Source of the DNA: a virus
IMG/VR virus record: IMGVR_UViG_3300032236_001304
Location: 1-64,000 of that record
Strand: one strand, 5' to 3'
Length of the DNA: 64,000 nucleotides
The notes below the pieces were generated by a model. That model was not told the DNA's origin and did not search any database. It was given only the letters and a program-made list of their open reading frames with translations. Position 1 is the first letter of the stretch; the number at the start of each line of letters is the position of its first letter. A program made the translations under genes and the position numbers. Positions 28,067-39,900 of this stretch are shown here, one piece after another.

Positions 28067-29373
28067 TGGCAACTAGTAATTTTTTATCATCACAGATTAT
28101 AAAAGGAGTAGGTGCAGCAAACACACCATTTGAGCAATTTGATATTGGTGTAGTTCATACCGTTATATTAAAAGTTGATGATATTAAAAAAGATATATCC
28201 GATAATGATATAAATTATAAAGGATATTCTATTAGTGATTTTATTACCAAAGATGGTTTATATTATGGTGCAATTTATTATAGATTAATTGGTGGTGGAG
28301 GAACGGAAGTTAATGAAAGTGATTTACCCCATGCTTTTCCACTTAAAAGAGAATTTTTAGCATTACCCGTTAAGGATGAATTGGTAAAAATATATAAATC
28401 GGGAGGTAAAGATTATTATGAAAAAATTACACCCGAAAATTCACCAAATTTTAATACGGCACCTGATTTGGTTATTTCAACTACAAAATTGACAAAAGAA
28501 GGCAGTGGTTCGGATAATACTTCAAAGGCAGATACATATGCGGAATCAAATGCTACAAATATACCAAATTCCGCAGCAAAGGGTGAAACAGAAACTATAA
28601 GAGCAGGTTTTAGTGGTAAGTACTTTAAAAAAAATATGAATATTCACCAATTAGCAATGAATGAGGGTGATACCTTATTGCAGGGTAGATTTGGTAATAG
28701 TATTCGTTTTAGTGGTTATATACATGATGATAAAGATAATGGAACACAATATCCAGCTATATTAATTCGTAATGGTGAAAATTCGGATAATCAACAGAAA
28801 AAAATATATGATGTAGTAACCGAAGATATTAACAAAGATGGTACATCAATTCAAATAACATCTGGAAAATATAAAACATTATTATCACCAACAGTTAAAG
28901 TTGCAAAACAAGCAAATGATCAATATCCATCATCGGACCAATTAATAGGTGACCAATTAGTAGTTAATAGTGGTAGAGTAATTGTTTCATCAAAAACAGC
29001 TGAGACTTTTTTGTTCAGTAAGAAAAAATTTAGTATCTTTACGGATGATGTTGTTACCATAGATACAGAAAAAGGTTATAAACTAATTTCTCAAAATGGA
29101 AATATTGAAATAAGTGCAAGACACAATAAAAATATTATATTTGGTGTTGCAACTGGTGGTAAGATTTTTCACGGTAGAGATGGTGCAGACCAACAAGCTA
29201 TCTTAGGTAACAAATTGGTAGATTTATTAGGACAATTAATTGATGCTATAAACGTAATGCAATTTCAAACTTTCTTTGGACCAACTTTTCCAGGACCTAT
29301 GGATAAAGCAACTTTAAATACAATAAAAGCTCAATTAAAAACTACATTATCTAAAAATAATTATTTGATATAA
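28066..29373 (+). CDS. baseplate hub/spike protein (gp5-like)
   Basis: EGDTLLQGRFGNSIRFS, beta-repeat C-terminal region, position before gp25/gp6. Confidence 0.55.
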   Translation: MATSNFLSSQIIKGVGAANTPFEQFDIGVVHTVILKVDDIKKDISDNDINYKGYSISDFITKDGLYYGAIYYRLIGGGGTEVNESDLPHAFPLKREFLALPVKDELVKIYKSGGKDYYEKITPENSPNFNTAPDLVISTTKLTKEGSGSDNTSKADTYAESNATNIPNSAAKGETETIRAGFSGKYFKKNMNIHQLAMNEGDTLLQGRFGNSIRFSGYIHDDKDNGTQYPAILIRNGENSDNQQKKIYDVVTEDINKDGTSIQITSGKYKTLLSPTVKVAKQANDQYPSSDQLIGDQLVVNSGRVIVSSKTAETFLFSKKKFSIFTDDVVTIDTEKGYKLISQNGNIEISARHNKNIIFGVATGGKIFHGRDGADQQAILGNKLVDLLGQLIDAINVMQFQTFFGPTFPGPMDKATLNTIKAQLKTTLSKNNYLI

Positions 29374-30488
29374 TGAGTTGGAGCCAGTTTAAAAAAGAAG
29401 TTGGAACAAAAATGAATTCGTATACATTTAAAGATGCTACGGAATTTGCGAAATACTTTACAAAAAAATATGATGAGGCGGTAAAACGAGGAACGGATAA
29501 TATAACAAAAAATCCGGTTAAGAAAGGTAATATAGAAATGATGGAAGCATCTATCATAAGTGGGATGTTACAAGGAATTGCAAGTACTAATCCGGCTATT
29601 TCAAAACAATCATATACTACGTTAGGTAATGGAGTTAAAGCATATTGGACAGGTGCAGAATTACAAATTATTGCAACACCATTAATACCTGCACCAGGAA
29701 CTATTGCAAATATAAAAACAACTAAGAATATTGTAACAAATCCAGGTAAGTTTTCAAAAGATGATATGGGGCCTGCAAAAAATACCGAAGTTTTTTTAAA
29801 TACTTTTATTTCTTTGGCAGATGCACATTTAGCTACAATAAGTGGTATGGCAGAAACGATTTCACAATACCCACCACCTGCACCGCCAGGAAAAGGAATT
29901 GTAATGTGGGCAGGTTACAAAGTTCCAAAAGGTAATAGTGATGAGGTAGAATTACCTTGGGATAGAATATTTAACGCAGGAAAAAATGCTCTTATTGCAT
30001 ATTTAAAAAAACAAAATGTTTCCGATGATGTTATTAAACAAGGATTTGGTGCGGGTTCAGGACTAATTAATGTAATTTACAATTTAAAAGATTATGTACA
30101 CAATGATGTGGTAAATAGAGAAAATATTAATTATTTTGTAAGTAGAGAAACAAAACTATATTTTGATGGAATACTTATCAACACGTTTTTATCGGTAATA
30201 GATACGGGATTCAAAACATTATCGTTTAAAGATAGAATATTATTCAAAGCAGGTAGAAACATACCATCAGTTAAAGTAAGAATTAAGTCCGCCGTTGGGT
30301 TTGCATTAGAAAATGTTTTTGATGGTATGTATGAGGAAGTTATTATCATTCGTAAGGAAACTAATATAAAATATCCACCAGGGTATATAGCTGATTATCT
30401 TGATGCTTTAACTGGAATGAGTAATTATATAACATCACAAGAAACTCCATTACGTGAAGCAATATTTAATAAAATTATGTCGTTATAA
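29373..30488 (+). CDS. putative virion protein
   Basis: Within the baseplate block; YPPPAPPG. Confidence 0.55.
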   Translation: MSWSQFKKEVGTKMNSYTFKDATEFAKYFTKKYDEAVKRGTDNITKNPVKKGNIEMMEASIISGMLQGIASTNPAISKQSYTTLGNGVKAYWTGAELQIIATPLIPAPGTIANIKTTKNIVTNPGKFSKDDMGPAKNTEVFLNTFISLADAHLATISGMAETISQYPPPAPPGKGIVMWAGYKVPKGNSDEVELPWDRIFNAGKNALIAYLKKQNVSDDVIKQGFGAGSGLINVIYNLKDYVHNDVVNRENINYFVSRETKLYFDGILINTFLSVIDTGFKTLSFKDRILFKAGRNIPSVKVRIKSAVGFALENVFDGMYEEVIIIRKETNIKYPPGYIADYLDALTGMSNYITSQETPLREAIFNKIMSL

Positions 30489-30533
30489 TAAAATTATTTA
30501 AAACAAATACTTATATAAAGAAAACAAACAATT

Positions 30534-31010
30534 ATGGATCAAAAAGACTTAATTAAGGCATTAGTGAAAGTATTAAGAGAAGATATCAAAAAAACTCTTA
30601 AAGAAGAAATTCGTAAAGCCGTACATGAAGTGTTAAACGAACAAGTTGAAACACCAAAACAAAAGGTGAATGAAGGTTACCAAATGAAATCAAAAGATGA
30701 TGGTAGTTGGGGTACAATAGATTATTCACAAAGAGCAGCAGCTCCGGTTAGACCTATGATATCTCCAGCGGATTTAGGATATGGTGATGGGTTTGATAAT
30801 TATATGCAGCCAGAAGTAACACCAGCTAGTAGTTGGGGTGGAAACGAAGAATATGGTTCATATATGCAAGGTCAACAAGAAGAACAAGGTATTCCGTTGC
30901 ATGTTAAAGCACAAATGGCAGCACAAAGAAATCCACAGGCAGCAGCACCTGTGTTAAAAGCATTAAATAGAGATTATTCGGCATTAGTAAAAAAATTCAA
31001 TAAGGGGTAA
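30534..31010 (+). CDS. hypothetical protein
   Basis: 158 aa; ATACTTAT 30507-30514 upstream. Confidence 0.7.
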   Translation: MDQKDLIKALVKVLREDIKKTLKEEIRKAVHEVLNEQVETPKQKVNEGYQMKSKDDGSWGTIDYSQRAAAPVRPMISPADLGYGDGFDNYMQPEVTPASSWGGNEEYGSYMQGQQEEQGIPLHVKAQMAAQRNPQAAAPVLKALNRDYSALVKKFNKG

Positions 31011-31015
31011 TGTAA

Positions 31016-31441
31016 GTGGCAATTCAATTAGAAAAAAAATTTGTAATTGATACACAAGATAAAAGTGTAGGATTAGCATTACCATTACGTGGAGCTGATA
31101 CTGGGTATTTTGCTGTAAACTATACTACAAAAGACCAAGTTAAAACTAATATTAAAAATCTTATATTAACTGAACCTGGTGAAAGATTGGGTAATCCTAA
31201 CTTTGGAACACCATTGAGAAAATATATTTTTGAACCTTATATGGAGGGTGAATTTGAAATGCATATAGAAGATGCAATTACAACTGCAATTTCTACTTAT
31301 ATGCCATACGTTAATATTCAATCCATCATATTTGATAATAATACAACAAACAAAGATAAACATTTGGTTAATTTAGAATTAAAATATTCAATAAATTTTT
31401 CAGCAGTTCCGACTGTTGATACATTAACGGTAACACTATAA
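31016..31441 (+). CDS. baseplate wedge protein, gp25/GPW family
   Basis: NLILTEPGER..PNFGTPLRKYIFE; GTG start. Confidence 0.9.
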   Translation: MAIQLEKKFVIDTQDKSVGLALPLRGADTGYFAVNYTTKDQVKTNIKNLILTEPGERLGNPNFGTPLRKYIFEPYMEGEFEMHIEDAITTAISTYMPYVNIQSIIFDNNTTNKDKHLVNLELKYSINFSAVPTVDTLTVTL

Positions 31442-31442
31442 T

Positions 31443-33473
31443 ATGGCACTACAACCGATAGATAAAAGTTGGTCTTCAAATAAAAAAGACATTAAATATG
31501 TAAACAGAGATTTTGCATCTTTAAAGCAAGCATTAGTTGAATTTACTAAAACATATTTCGCTAATACAAATAGTGATTTTACAGATGCATCTCCTGGTAT
31601 GATGTTTATAGAGCAAGCTGCGTATGTAGGTGATGTTTTATCATATTATACCGATGCTCAATTAAAAGAATCATTTATTAATGCAGCATCTAACTATAAA
31701 AACATTTTAAGCCACGCACAAAATTTTGGATATGTTCCTAAGATTAGTAGACCGGCAACAACTACATTAACGGTGTATCAACAAGTTCCATCTATAAATG
31801 TAGCGGGTAATTATGAACCGGATTTTACATATTGTGTTAAGATTAAAGAGGGAATGCAAGTTAAATCAAAATCAAATAACAATATTACATTTACAACAAC
31901 AGATGTAGTAGATTTTGGAAATTCAATAAATAGAACAGTATCGGTACTTTCATTTGACCAATCTAATAATCCTAATTTTTATTTATTAACAAAGACTGTT
32001 CCAGCTATTAGTGCAACACTTGTAACTGAAACATTCCCATTAGGTTCATTTACACCAAACCCTACTTTTAATATTGTAGATTCAAACTTTATAAAAGTAG
32101 TTTCAATTTCAGATAATTCAAACAATTATTATGAAGTTCCATATTTGGCACAAGAAATGGTGTATATTAAAGAACCAAATGCGGCATTATACGATAGTAC
32201 TTTAGTATCAGATTCGGATGTTACTCCTTACAATTTAAAGTTAATTAAAACTAATAGAAGATTTACTACAAGAGTAACCGATGTTGATACGATTCAATTA
32301 AGATTTGGAGCAGCAAGTGAAACTACGGCAGATGAAATGATTATACCTAATACTAAAAATGTAGGATTAGGATTAAACAATTCAATTAGTAGATTAGAAC
32401 AATCATTTGACCCTTCTAACTTTTTAAAGACATCCACATATGGTATTGCACCGTCTGGAACTAATAATCAATTGACGGTAAAATATTATAGTGGTGGTGG
32501 TATATCATCTAACGTAGCATCAAATGAATTACGAACAATATCTTTATTAGAATTTGATGAAGATTTATTAGCATTTAATACAATTACATCACCAACATAT
32601 CAAACAGCAAAAGCATCAATAGCAGTGGATAATTTAGTTCCTGCAACTGGTGGTAGAGGTATTGAAACATTGGATGAAATTAGAGAAAATGCAATTGCAA
32701 ATTTTGCATCACAAAATAGAGCAGTAACTAAACAAGATTACGAAGTTAGAGCATTATCGATGGATGCTGCCTTTGGTAGTATCGCTAAAGTATATGTAGA
32801 ACAAGATTCTGCGGCAGATATCAATCCAACACAAAATGTATTGAGAGATCCACAAAGTAGATCTGAGTTTCTTAATATGACAAAATCTTTGGTAGGAAAG
32901 AGTGATACTGAAATACAAACTGCAATAGATTCTTTCTTAAAATCCAAACATACTTTTAATGCAGATAATAACCCATTTGCAATCAATATGTACACATTGG
33001 GGTATAATTCTAACGGAAACCTTACAACGTTGAATAGCGCAACTAAAAACAACCTTAAAACGTATTTAAACGATTATAGATTGATTACGGATGCTGTTAA
33101 TATATTAGATGGATTTATTATTAATATAGGAGTAGAATTTGAAATAACAGTTTATTCTAATTATAATAAAAGAGAAGTAGTATTAAGTTGTTTACAATCG
33201 GTAACAAATTATTTTAATATTAATAATAGAAAAATAAATCAACCTATAAACATTAGTGAATTAGAATTAGAAATTGCTAATGTAGATGGTGTAGCATCCG
33301 TACCTAAAGTAAATATTACAAATATATGTGGGGATGGAACGGATAGTAGTTATTCTAAATATGTTTATGATATTACAGCAGCAACTAAGAATAAAATTGT
33401 ATATCCTTCATTAGACCCTTCTATTTTTGAATTGAAGTTTCCATCAACGGATATTAAAGGGAGAGCATTATAA
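31443..33473 (+). CDS. baseplate wedge protein, T4 gp6-like
   Basis: RDF..DFTDASPG..YVGDVLSYY..ESF; GG..ET.DEIR..QNRAVT..DY. Confidence 0.85.
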   Translation: MALQPIDKSWSSNKKDIKYVNRDFASLKQALVEFTKTYFANTNSDFTDASPGMMFIEQAAYVGDVLSYYTDAQLKESFINAASNYKNILSHAQNFGYVPKISRPATTTLTVYQQVPSINVAGNYEPDFTYCVKIKEGMQVKSKSNNNITFTTTDVVDFGNSINRTVSVLSFDQSNNPNFYLLTKTVPAISATLVTETFPLGSFTPNPTFNIVDSNFIKVVSISDNSNNYYEVPYLAQEMVYIKEPNAALYDSTLVSDSDVTPYNLKLIKTNRRFTTRVTDVDTIQLRFGAASETTADEMIIPNTKNVGLGLNNSISRLEQSFDPSNFLKTSTYGIAPSGTNNQLTVKYYSGGGISSNVASNELRTISLLEFDEDLLAFNTITSPTYQTAKASIAVDNLVPATGGRGIETLDEIRENAIANFASQNRAVTKQDYEVRALSMDAAFGSIAKVYVEQDSAADINPTQNVLRDPQSRSEFLNMTKSLVGKSDTEIQTAIDSFLKSKHTFNADNNPFAINMYTLGYNSNGNLTTLNSATKNNLKTYLNDYRLITDAVNILDGFIINIGVEFEITVYSNYNKREVVLSCLQSVTNYFNINNRKINQPINISELELEIANVDGVASVPKVNITNICGDGTDSSYSKYVYDITAATKNKIVYPSLDPSIFELKFPSTDIKGRAL

Positions 33474-34558
33474 TGGTATTATTTTATACAGCATCACAAG
33501 ATGCAACTATATATTTACAACAACCTTATCAAAACACTGGTATTGATGAAATGTTGGAAATATCTAAACAATATTACGGTGATACATCTGATATGAGTAG
33601 AGTATTAATTCAATTTGATAATATTGAATTACCAAATGTTCCATTTAGTGCATCATTACAATTAAAGATAACAAAGGCAGATGAAATTCCTGCTAGATTT
33701 AGTATTGAAGCATATCCAATTAGTGGTAGTTGGGAAATGGGTACTGGTACTCGTTTTGATAATTTAACTACTAATGGTGCAACTTGGATGTATAGAAATG
33801 GAGATGATACAAATTCTAATTGGTATACACATATGGATGGTATTACGGCATCATATGATCTGTATGTAGATGGTGATGCAAGTGGATGGGGTGGTAGTTG
33901 GTATACATCATCAGTAGTATCTCAATCTTTTAATTATAGATTAGATGATATTAATTTAGATGTTACTCAATTCTTTGAAAGATGGGCAGATAATGAATTA
34001 ATTAATAATGGTATTATACTTAAATTTCCAAAAAGTGCAGAAACTGATAATGTTGATTATGGTAGTATTAAAATATTCTCAAAAGAAACTAATACAATAT
34101 ATCAACCTAAATTAGTTATTACTTATTTAGAAGATGATGTGGTTAGTGGAAGTTTAACTACAATTACAGATTATGTAAATGCTAGTCAATATGATGTTCA
34201 ATATAGAGTGTATTCTCCTAATTTAAAAACAACATATCACAAAGGACAAAAGATAACAATAAAAATAGATGCAAGAGAATTATATCCAATCAAACAATTT
34301 AATTCTACATTTGCATACCAAGTTAAATATTACTTACCATCAACCGCATATTATAGTGTGATTGACACGGTAACAAAAGAAACCCTAATACCATACTCCG
34401 ATGCAAGTAGAGTGGTACAAGGTGAATATAACAACTTAATTAAATTAAACTTTAGTAACTGGCCTATTGGTAGAAATTATACATTATTAATCAAATCAAT
34501 CGATAGTGATGATAATGAACAAATTTTTGAAGTAGGTTCATTTGACATATACGAATAA
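33473..34558 (+). CDS. virion structural protein
   Basis: DATIY..NTGIDE..SWEMGTG..NNG..FSKET..PKL; follows gp6. Confidence 0.6.
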   Translation: MVLFYTASQDATIYLQQPYQNTGIDEMLEISKQYYGDTSDMSRVLIQFDNIELPNVPFSASLQLKITKADEIPARFSIEAYPISGSWEMGTGTRFDNLTTNGATWMYRNGDDTNSNWYTHMDGITASYDLYVDGDASGWGGSWYTSSVVSQSFNYRLDDINLDVTQFFERWADNELINNGIILKFPKSAETDNVDYGSIKIFSKETNTIYQPKLVITYLEDDVVSGSLTTITDYVNASQYDVQYRVYSPNLKTTYHKGQKITIKIDARELYPIKQFNSTFAYQVKYYLPSTAYYSVIDTVTKETLIPYSDASRVVQGEYNNLIKLNFSNWPIGRNYTLLIKSIDSDDNEQIFEVGSFDIYE

Positions 34559-35622
34559 TGGCAATAGAAAAAAAATATATCAATCTTTCGGATACATCTA
34601 ATGAAACTAATGTCGTTACTAAATTATATGTTGACCAATACAATACATCTGAATTAATTAAATCGGTAGATACGAAAGTTACGGAATTAATTCAACCATT
34701 ACCAAACGCAAATTTAGATTTAGTACCAAAGCCGGTTTATGATGCAGAATTATCGCATAGTGCAGATTTACAAAAACAAGTTAATAATTTACAAAATGAA
34801 GTAACTGATTTAACTACACAGGTTCAATCATTAACAGCCGATAGTAGTTCATTATATACATCAAATGATAATTTTAGGCTTATAAATGCAAAGTTAGAAA
34901 ATTCCGTAGCATCAATTCAACAAACGGTATTAGAATTAAGAACTAACTTAACTACATCATTAACTAAAGCGATTAATGAAGCAACAGAAAGAACTGCATT
35001 AGAAGCTGAAAATAATGGTTTGACTGCTCAAAAGAATGCATTAATTAAACAAATCGATACTTTAAATAATTTATTAGCACAAGCAAACGCAACAATACAA
35101 GTAGCACAACAACAATTAAGTGCAAAACAGCAAGCAATTGCGGCTGGTGGTGTTTCTACCGGTGAATTAGCTACTATTATATTTGATGCGGGTGATATTA
35201 CTAAATCTAAATTAACCGCAATGATAAACCAAGATTATAATGGTGGACCTAACGGTGTTCAAAATAAGTTTACTAAACCTGGTGATAATAATGGAGAAGG
35301 GTATGTTACTTATTTTGATGTAGTTGCAGGACCTAAAGATATTATAGTTGATACAAATGCAACGGGTGGATATACTATTGTTCCATGGAATTTTGGTGTT
35401 TCTTTACCGGTTACATTAAAAGCAAATGAAACAAAAAGATTTAATATGGTAGACCCTAACCAACAATGGTTAAATACATATCCTGGTAATGATGGTGGAA
35501 GTTTTTGGAAAGCATCTAAACCAACAGTATCTATGTTTACATTTTCAGTTGTAGTTAAAGATATAGACCCTAATGGAAAAACCGAAAATAAAAACTTTAC
35601 TGGTAAAATTTGGAAACACTAA
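34558..35622 (+). CDS. coiled-coil virion protein
   Basis: Long heptad region plus beta-rich C-terminus. Confidence 0.55.
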   Translation: MAIEKKYINLSDTSNETNVVTKLYVDQYNTSELIKSVDTKVTELIQPLPNANLDLVPKPVYDAELSHSADLQKQVNNLQNEVTDLTTQVQSLTADSSSLYTSNDNFRLINAKLENSVASIQQTVLELRTNLTTSLTKAINEATERTALEAENNGLTAQKNALIKQIDTLNNLLAQANATIQVAQQQLSAKQQAIAAGGVSTGELATIIFDAGDITKSKLTAMINQDYNGGPNGVQNKFTKPGDNNGEGYVTYFDVVAGPKDIIVDTNATGGYTIVPWNFGVSLPVTLKANETKRFNMVDPNQQWLNTYPGNDGGSFWKASKPTVSMFTFSVVVKDIDPNGKTENKNFTGKIWKH

Positions 35623-35625
35623 TAT

Positions 35626-36888
35626 ATGGCAATAAACGATTTTAAAAATATTGAAAACATTAATCTTAATTTAGATTCAACTGCTCAGTTAATCAATTCT
35701 AAAGATTTAAAGATATTCAAAACAAGTGCTAAAAACATTACTGATTTTGGAATGTCAAAGAATGATGTTATTGAGTTTAGAGTATATGATATTTCAAATA
35801 ATTTATTAGAACAAACCGGTGGAATAAAAGTAAGATATATCCATAAAAATGATTTATCAAAATATCTTAAAAGTGATGTTGATTCAAAAACACAAGAATT
35901 AATTTATGATATTGATGTTGAAAAATTAATTAGAGAAGCTGGATATGGTAATGGTGAATTTAAAGTATCTTTTAATTTTTTAAAGAACTATGTAGGAAAT
36001 GAGGATAAAAAACAAAGAGTTTGGATACATGAAGTTTCACCAAGTAGAACTGAAATAAGAATAATGCCTTTATTGAGCACAGATGATAGTTTAAATTCAA
36101 AAGTTATTCATAGATACAATTCTTTATTAGAAAAGGGAAATGAATTAAGAGAAAATATTTCTATTATAAAGAATGCAATAGATTCAATTCAAAATCAAAT
36201 AAGTGATTTAATAGATAACTATTTTGTATCAAAACATGGTAAAGTTTGGTTAGATGTTGTATTAAGAGATTATAAATTTAATGATTTAAATTATACGGCA
36301 TTTAAAGAAAAGATTTTTAATGATTTTAAAAATTCTGTGTATTATCAATTAGATGGAAAAGAATATAATATTAATTCTGCAAATTATGGTAAAAACTCAA
36401 TTAACCCATTTGATATAGATGAATTTTTATCTACATCAGATGTATTAGTATTATTACAAAATAGATTATTTGAATCAATTGAATATAGTGCATCTAAAAT
36501 TGCACAATACGATATTCCACAAATAATAAAAGATTATACACAAACTAAAGTAGATTCACAATTGTTACAATCATTGTTAGATACAAATTACACAACTAAA
36601 AGTAATTTAACACAAAACAATAAATTAGGAACAATTAAACAATCAACAGTTACTATTGATACTACACCTCCTGTTGAAAAGAAAAAAGAAGATGTGATTA
36701 TACCAACACCACCAGCAGAACCTCCAACACCACCGCCACCTACAAAGGGTGGAGTAAGTAGTGGAGCAGGTGCAGCTGGTAGTGGTAATGCTAGATATAT
36801 ACAAGATTACACAGCTGCCGATATTCATCAATTAGGTAGTACTGGAGAAAGAGTTAATAAAGCTTTAGTACAAGATGTATATCAATAA
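35626..36888 (+). CDS. putative baseplate protein
   Basis: EVSPSRTEIR motif, Pro-rich tail, gene context. Confidence 0.55.
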   Translation: MAINDFKNIENINLNLDSTAQLINSKDLKIFKTSAKNITDFGMSKNDVIEFRVYDISNNLLEQTGGIKVRYIHKNDLSKYLKSDVDSKTQELIYDIDVEKLIREAGYGNGEFKVSFNFLKNYVGNEDKKQRVWIHEVSPSRTEIRIMPLLSTDDSLNSKVIHRYNSLLEKGNELRENISIIKNAIDSIQNQISDLIDNYFVSKHGKVWLDVVLRDYKFNDLNYTAFKEKIFNDFKNSVYYQLDGKEYNINSANYGKNSINPFDIDEFLSTSDVLVLLQNRLFESIEYSASKIAQYDIPQIIKDYTQTKVDSQLLQSLLDTNYTTKSNLTQNNKLGTIKQSTVTIDTTPPVEKKKEDVIIPTPPAEPPTPPPPTKGGVSSGAGAAGSGNARYIQDYTAADIHQLGSTGERVNKALVQDVYQ

Positions 36889-36914
36889 AAATTAAATAAA
36901 AATATTTATACTCA

Positions 36915-39900
36915 ATGGGATATTTAGAAAATTTGTATTCAAAAAATATGACGGGTGGTAACTACATTCCGTTTAATTCATTAGATATTTTTAATGAAAC
37001 TATTAGTAGTGGAACTAGTGGTAATAGTGGTGGATATACACCTGCAGTCAAATCACCCGGAAACGATTTAAAAATATTTCTTACAAATACAAGTCAGTAT
37101 AAAGGACAAATGACCTTTAATGTTCAAAATCAGAACTATAATGAAGGTACATCGATTGCAATTGATTCAAACACAATTAATGATAGTTTATTAATTAAAC
37201 CAATTGTAAATGATGGATATACATTAAAAAATTATTTTCAATTTGTAAAAGGTTCTAATGGTAAGATTCTGTTTAATACTTACAATGGTAGAAATGAATT
37301 ACAAGGAACTAAGCAATTAGAGTTACCCGATACACTTGATTTGGGATTTGATTTGGATGTAACACCTAAAATAGTTACAAAAACAACAGCTACTAAAATA
37401 CAATCTGTTTTTTTAACTACTAATTATAATAATTCTACATTAAATAATGAATTAGAAGTAACTATTGGTTCAAATGATTTATCATCACCAAAAAAATTAA
37501 AAATAGGTGATTCGGTAGATATTTCAAATATTAACAATACATCATCCGATTTAAATATTTCGGTTAGTGGATTATCATCGTTTAATTTAAAAAATATTAG
37601 ATGGCAATATGCTAATAAATTTAGTAGTAATAGTGTATTTGATATAAATGATTTTAATATATTAACAGGTGATACAACCGCGGTAATAAAAAATACAATA
37701 TTCAATTCTAATATTGTATTATTAATAGAAGTAGTTCCTAATACTGCAAATTATCCTACACTAACATTAGATAAAAATACAATAACTACTAATATTGCGG
37801 AAAGTGTTTTTGCTAATAAGAGTGATTATTCAATTAATGTTGATTGTAAAATAACAAAAGCTGATTCGGTAAAAATTAAAACGCCATATAGAGAATTTAC
37901 ACAAACTGTAAGTAATGGTATTTTTTTAGATTTACAAAATGACTTTAAAAATAATGAAGGACAGTTTAAAGTATTATTGACACCATATTCAAATTTATAT
38001 GGTGATGGAATTACACAATCAATATTAATAACAATTGGTAAAGTATTTGATACTCCAATTATAGATAAAATAGATTATCCAACAAATGTAACAATACCTG
38101 TTTATAGTTTTGGTGATACTAATTTTACAATACTTTTTGAAAGTACGTTAGCTAATAAAGTATTAATATATCATACAAAAGAAGATGATGTAAATTTATT
38201 TGGCAAATTTAACGCAAATGATAAAATAATATTAAACTATAATTCTATTAAAGCATTTAATACAAATGCAACCTTAGATTTATTAATAGTTCCATATAAT
38301 GGAAACATTAAAGGTGAAATAGAAAGAATTAGTATTTCATTTGATGATCCTGGATTTTATGTTTCTACACAAAATTTAAAAGATGAATTATTTAATGCAA
38401 TTGCATCACAATTAAAACTTAATTTAAATAAATCAAGTTATTTAAATCATTTAACATCATTTGATGTAGATGATAAGCAAATTATTATTTCAAATTGGGA
38501 TACTGATACTAATACCTTTACTAAATTTAAAACCGATGAATTAGGTAATCAAATTCCCGATGGTCAAATAAGTAAAACTATTGTATTAAAATTATATGAA
38601 CCATTACCAACGAATATTAATAAAAATGATACTCTTTGGATTTCTGAATTAATGGCATTACCAATATTACAATCGGTTGTAATTAGTGGTAATAATGAAG
38701 ATAATTGTATTCCATTAAGAGCTGCTAATTTTAATATTGAAGTTGATTTTGTTAAAGGACAATCTACCGGATTTGAGTCATATGATAGTTTAATATTAAG
38801 TGGTTCTACTACATCTCAACAATTAATAGACAAATATTTAACTGAAAATTTTATTGATGTTAAAGGTATTAATATTAAGTATGCAAGTGGTTCTACTCCT
38901 ACATTTGAAAATTTTGTAAAGTATAGTAGTGCAGTTGAAAGATTAGCAAACTTTAGATATAAAAAAGAATTGGCTGAATGGTATGATGATAAAATCAATA
39001 CATTATCAGATGTAGCTACATCAACTACTACTGCATTAAATTTAGATATTCAAAATTATATTACTAAAAAAACAAATTTAGTAACTGGATTTGATGGTTG
39101 GGAAACATATCTAACACAAAGTGTATTTACGGGTTCTTTTAATAATAATATAGATGTATATAATAATTACTATACATTGGCAAGTGAATATGATAGAACT
39201 AACAATAATGCTTTAAAAAACAATTTACCATTACATATTATTGATGATAATAATAATTTAGATTATGTATTATTCTTAGATATGGTTGGTAATTATTTTG
39301 ATATCTTGTGGGCATATATTAAAGGTATAAGTGACCAACGTAAAATATCAGAACAAAAGAGTGATGGTATAAGTGATGATTTGTTATATCAATATTTAAA
39401 ATCATTTGGATGGGATGCTAAAAATTTAAATTCTAATAAACAACTTTGGGATTATACATTTGGTTATAATAATGAAGGTGTTACTGGTTCATTTACATCT
39501 GATGTTCATTTGGGTGAAAATAATACATTAATTACACCTGAAGCAGCTAATTCACAAATTTGGAGAAGAATTGCAAATAACTTACCTTATTTATTAAAAC
39601 ATAAAGGTAGTATTAGAGGTATTAATGCATTACTTACTTGTTATGGTATACCGGCATCTAATATTTCTATTATGGAGTTCGGTGGCCCTAATATACAAAC
39701 CGTAGAAGATTCACCTAAATTTATATACGATAGTTTAACACATAATTTAGTATTTGATAATGTAAGTGCTAGTTTAAATATTCCATTCAACGGAACACCT
39801 AAACCACAATCAATTGAGTTTAAATTTAAACCAAATGATTTTGAATCATATACATTTATAACAGGTAGTAATTTTAAAATAGGAATTGTAGCGAATAATT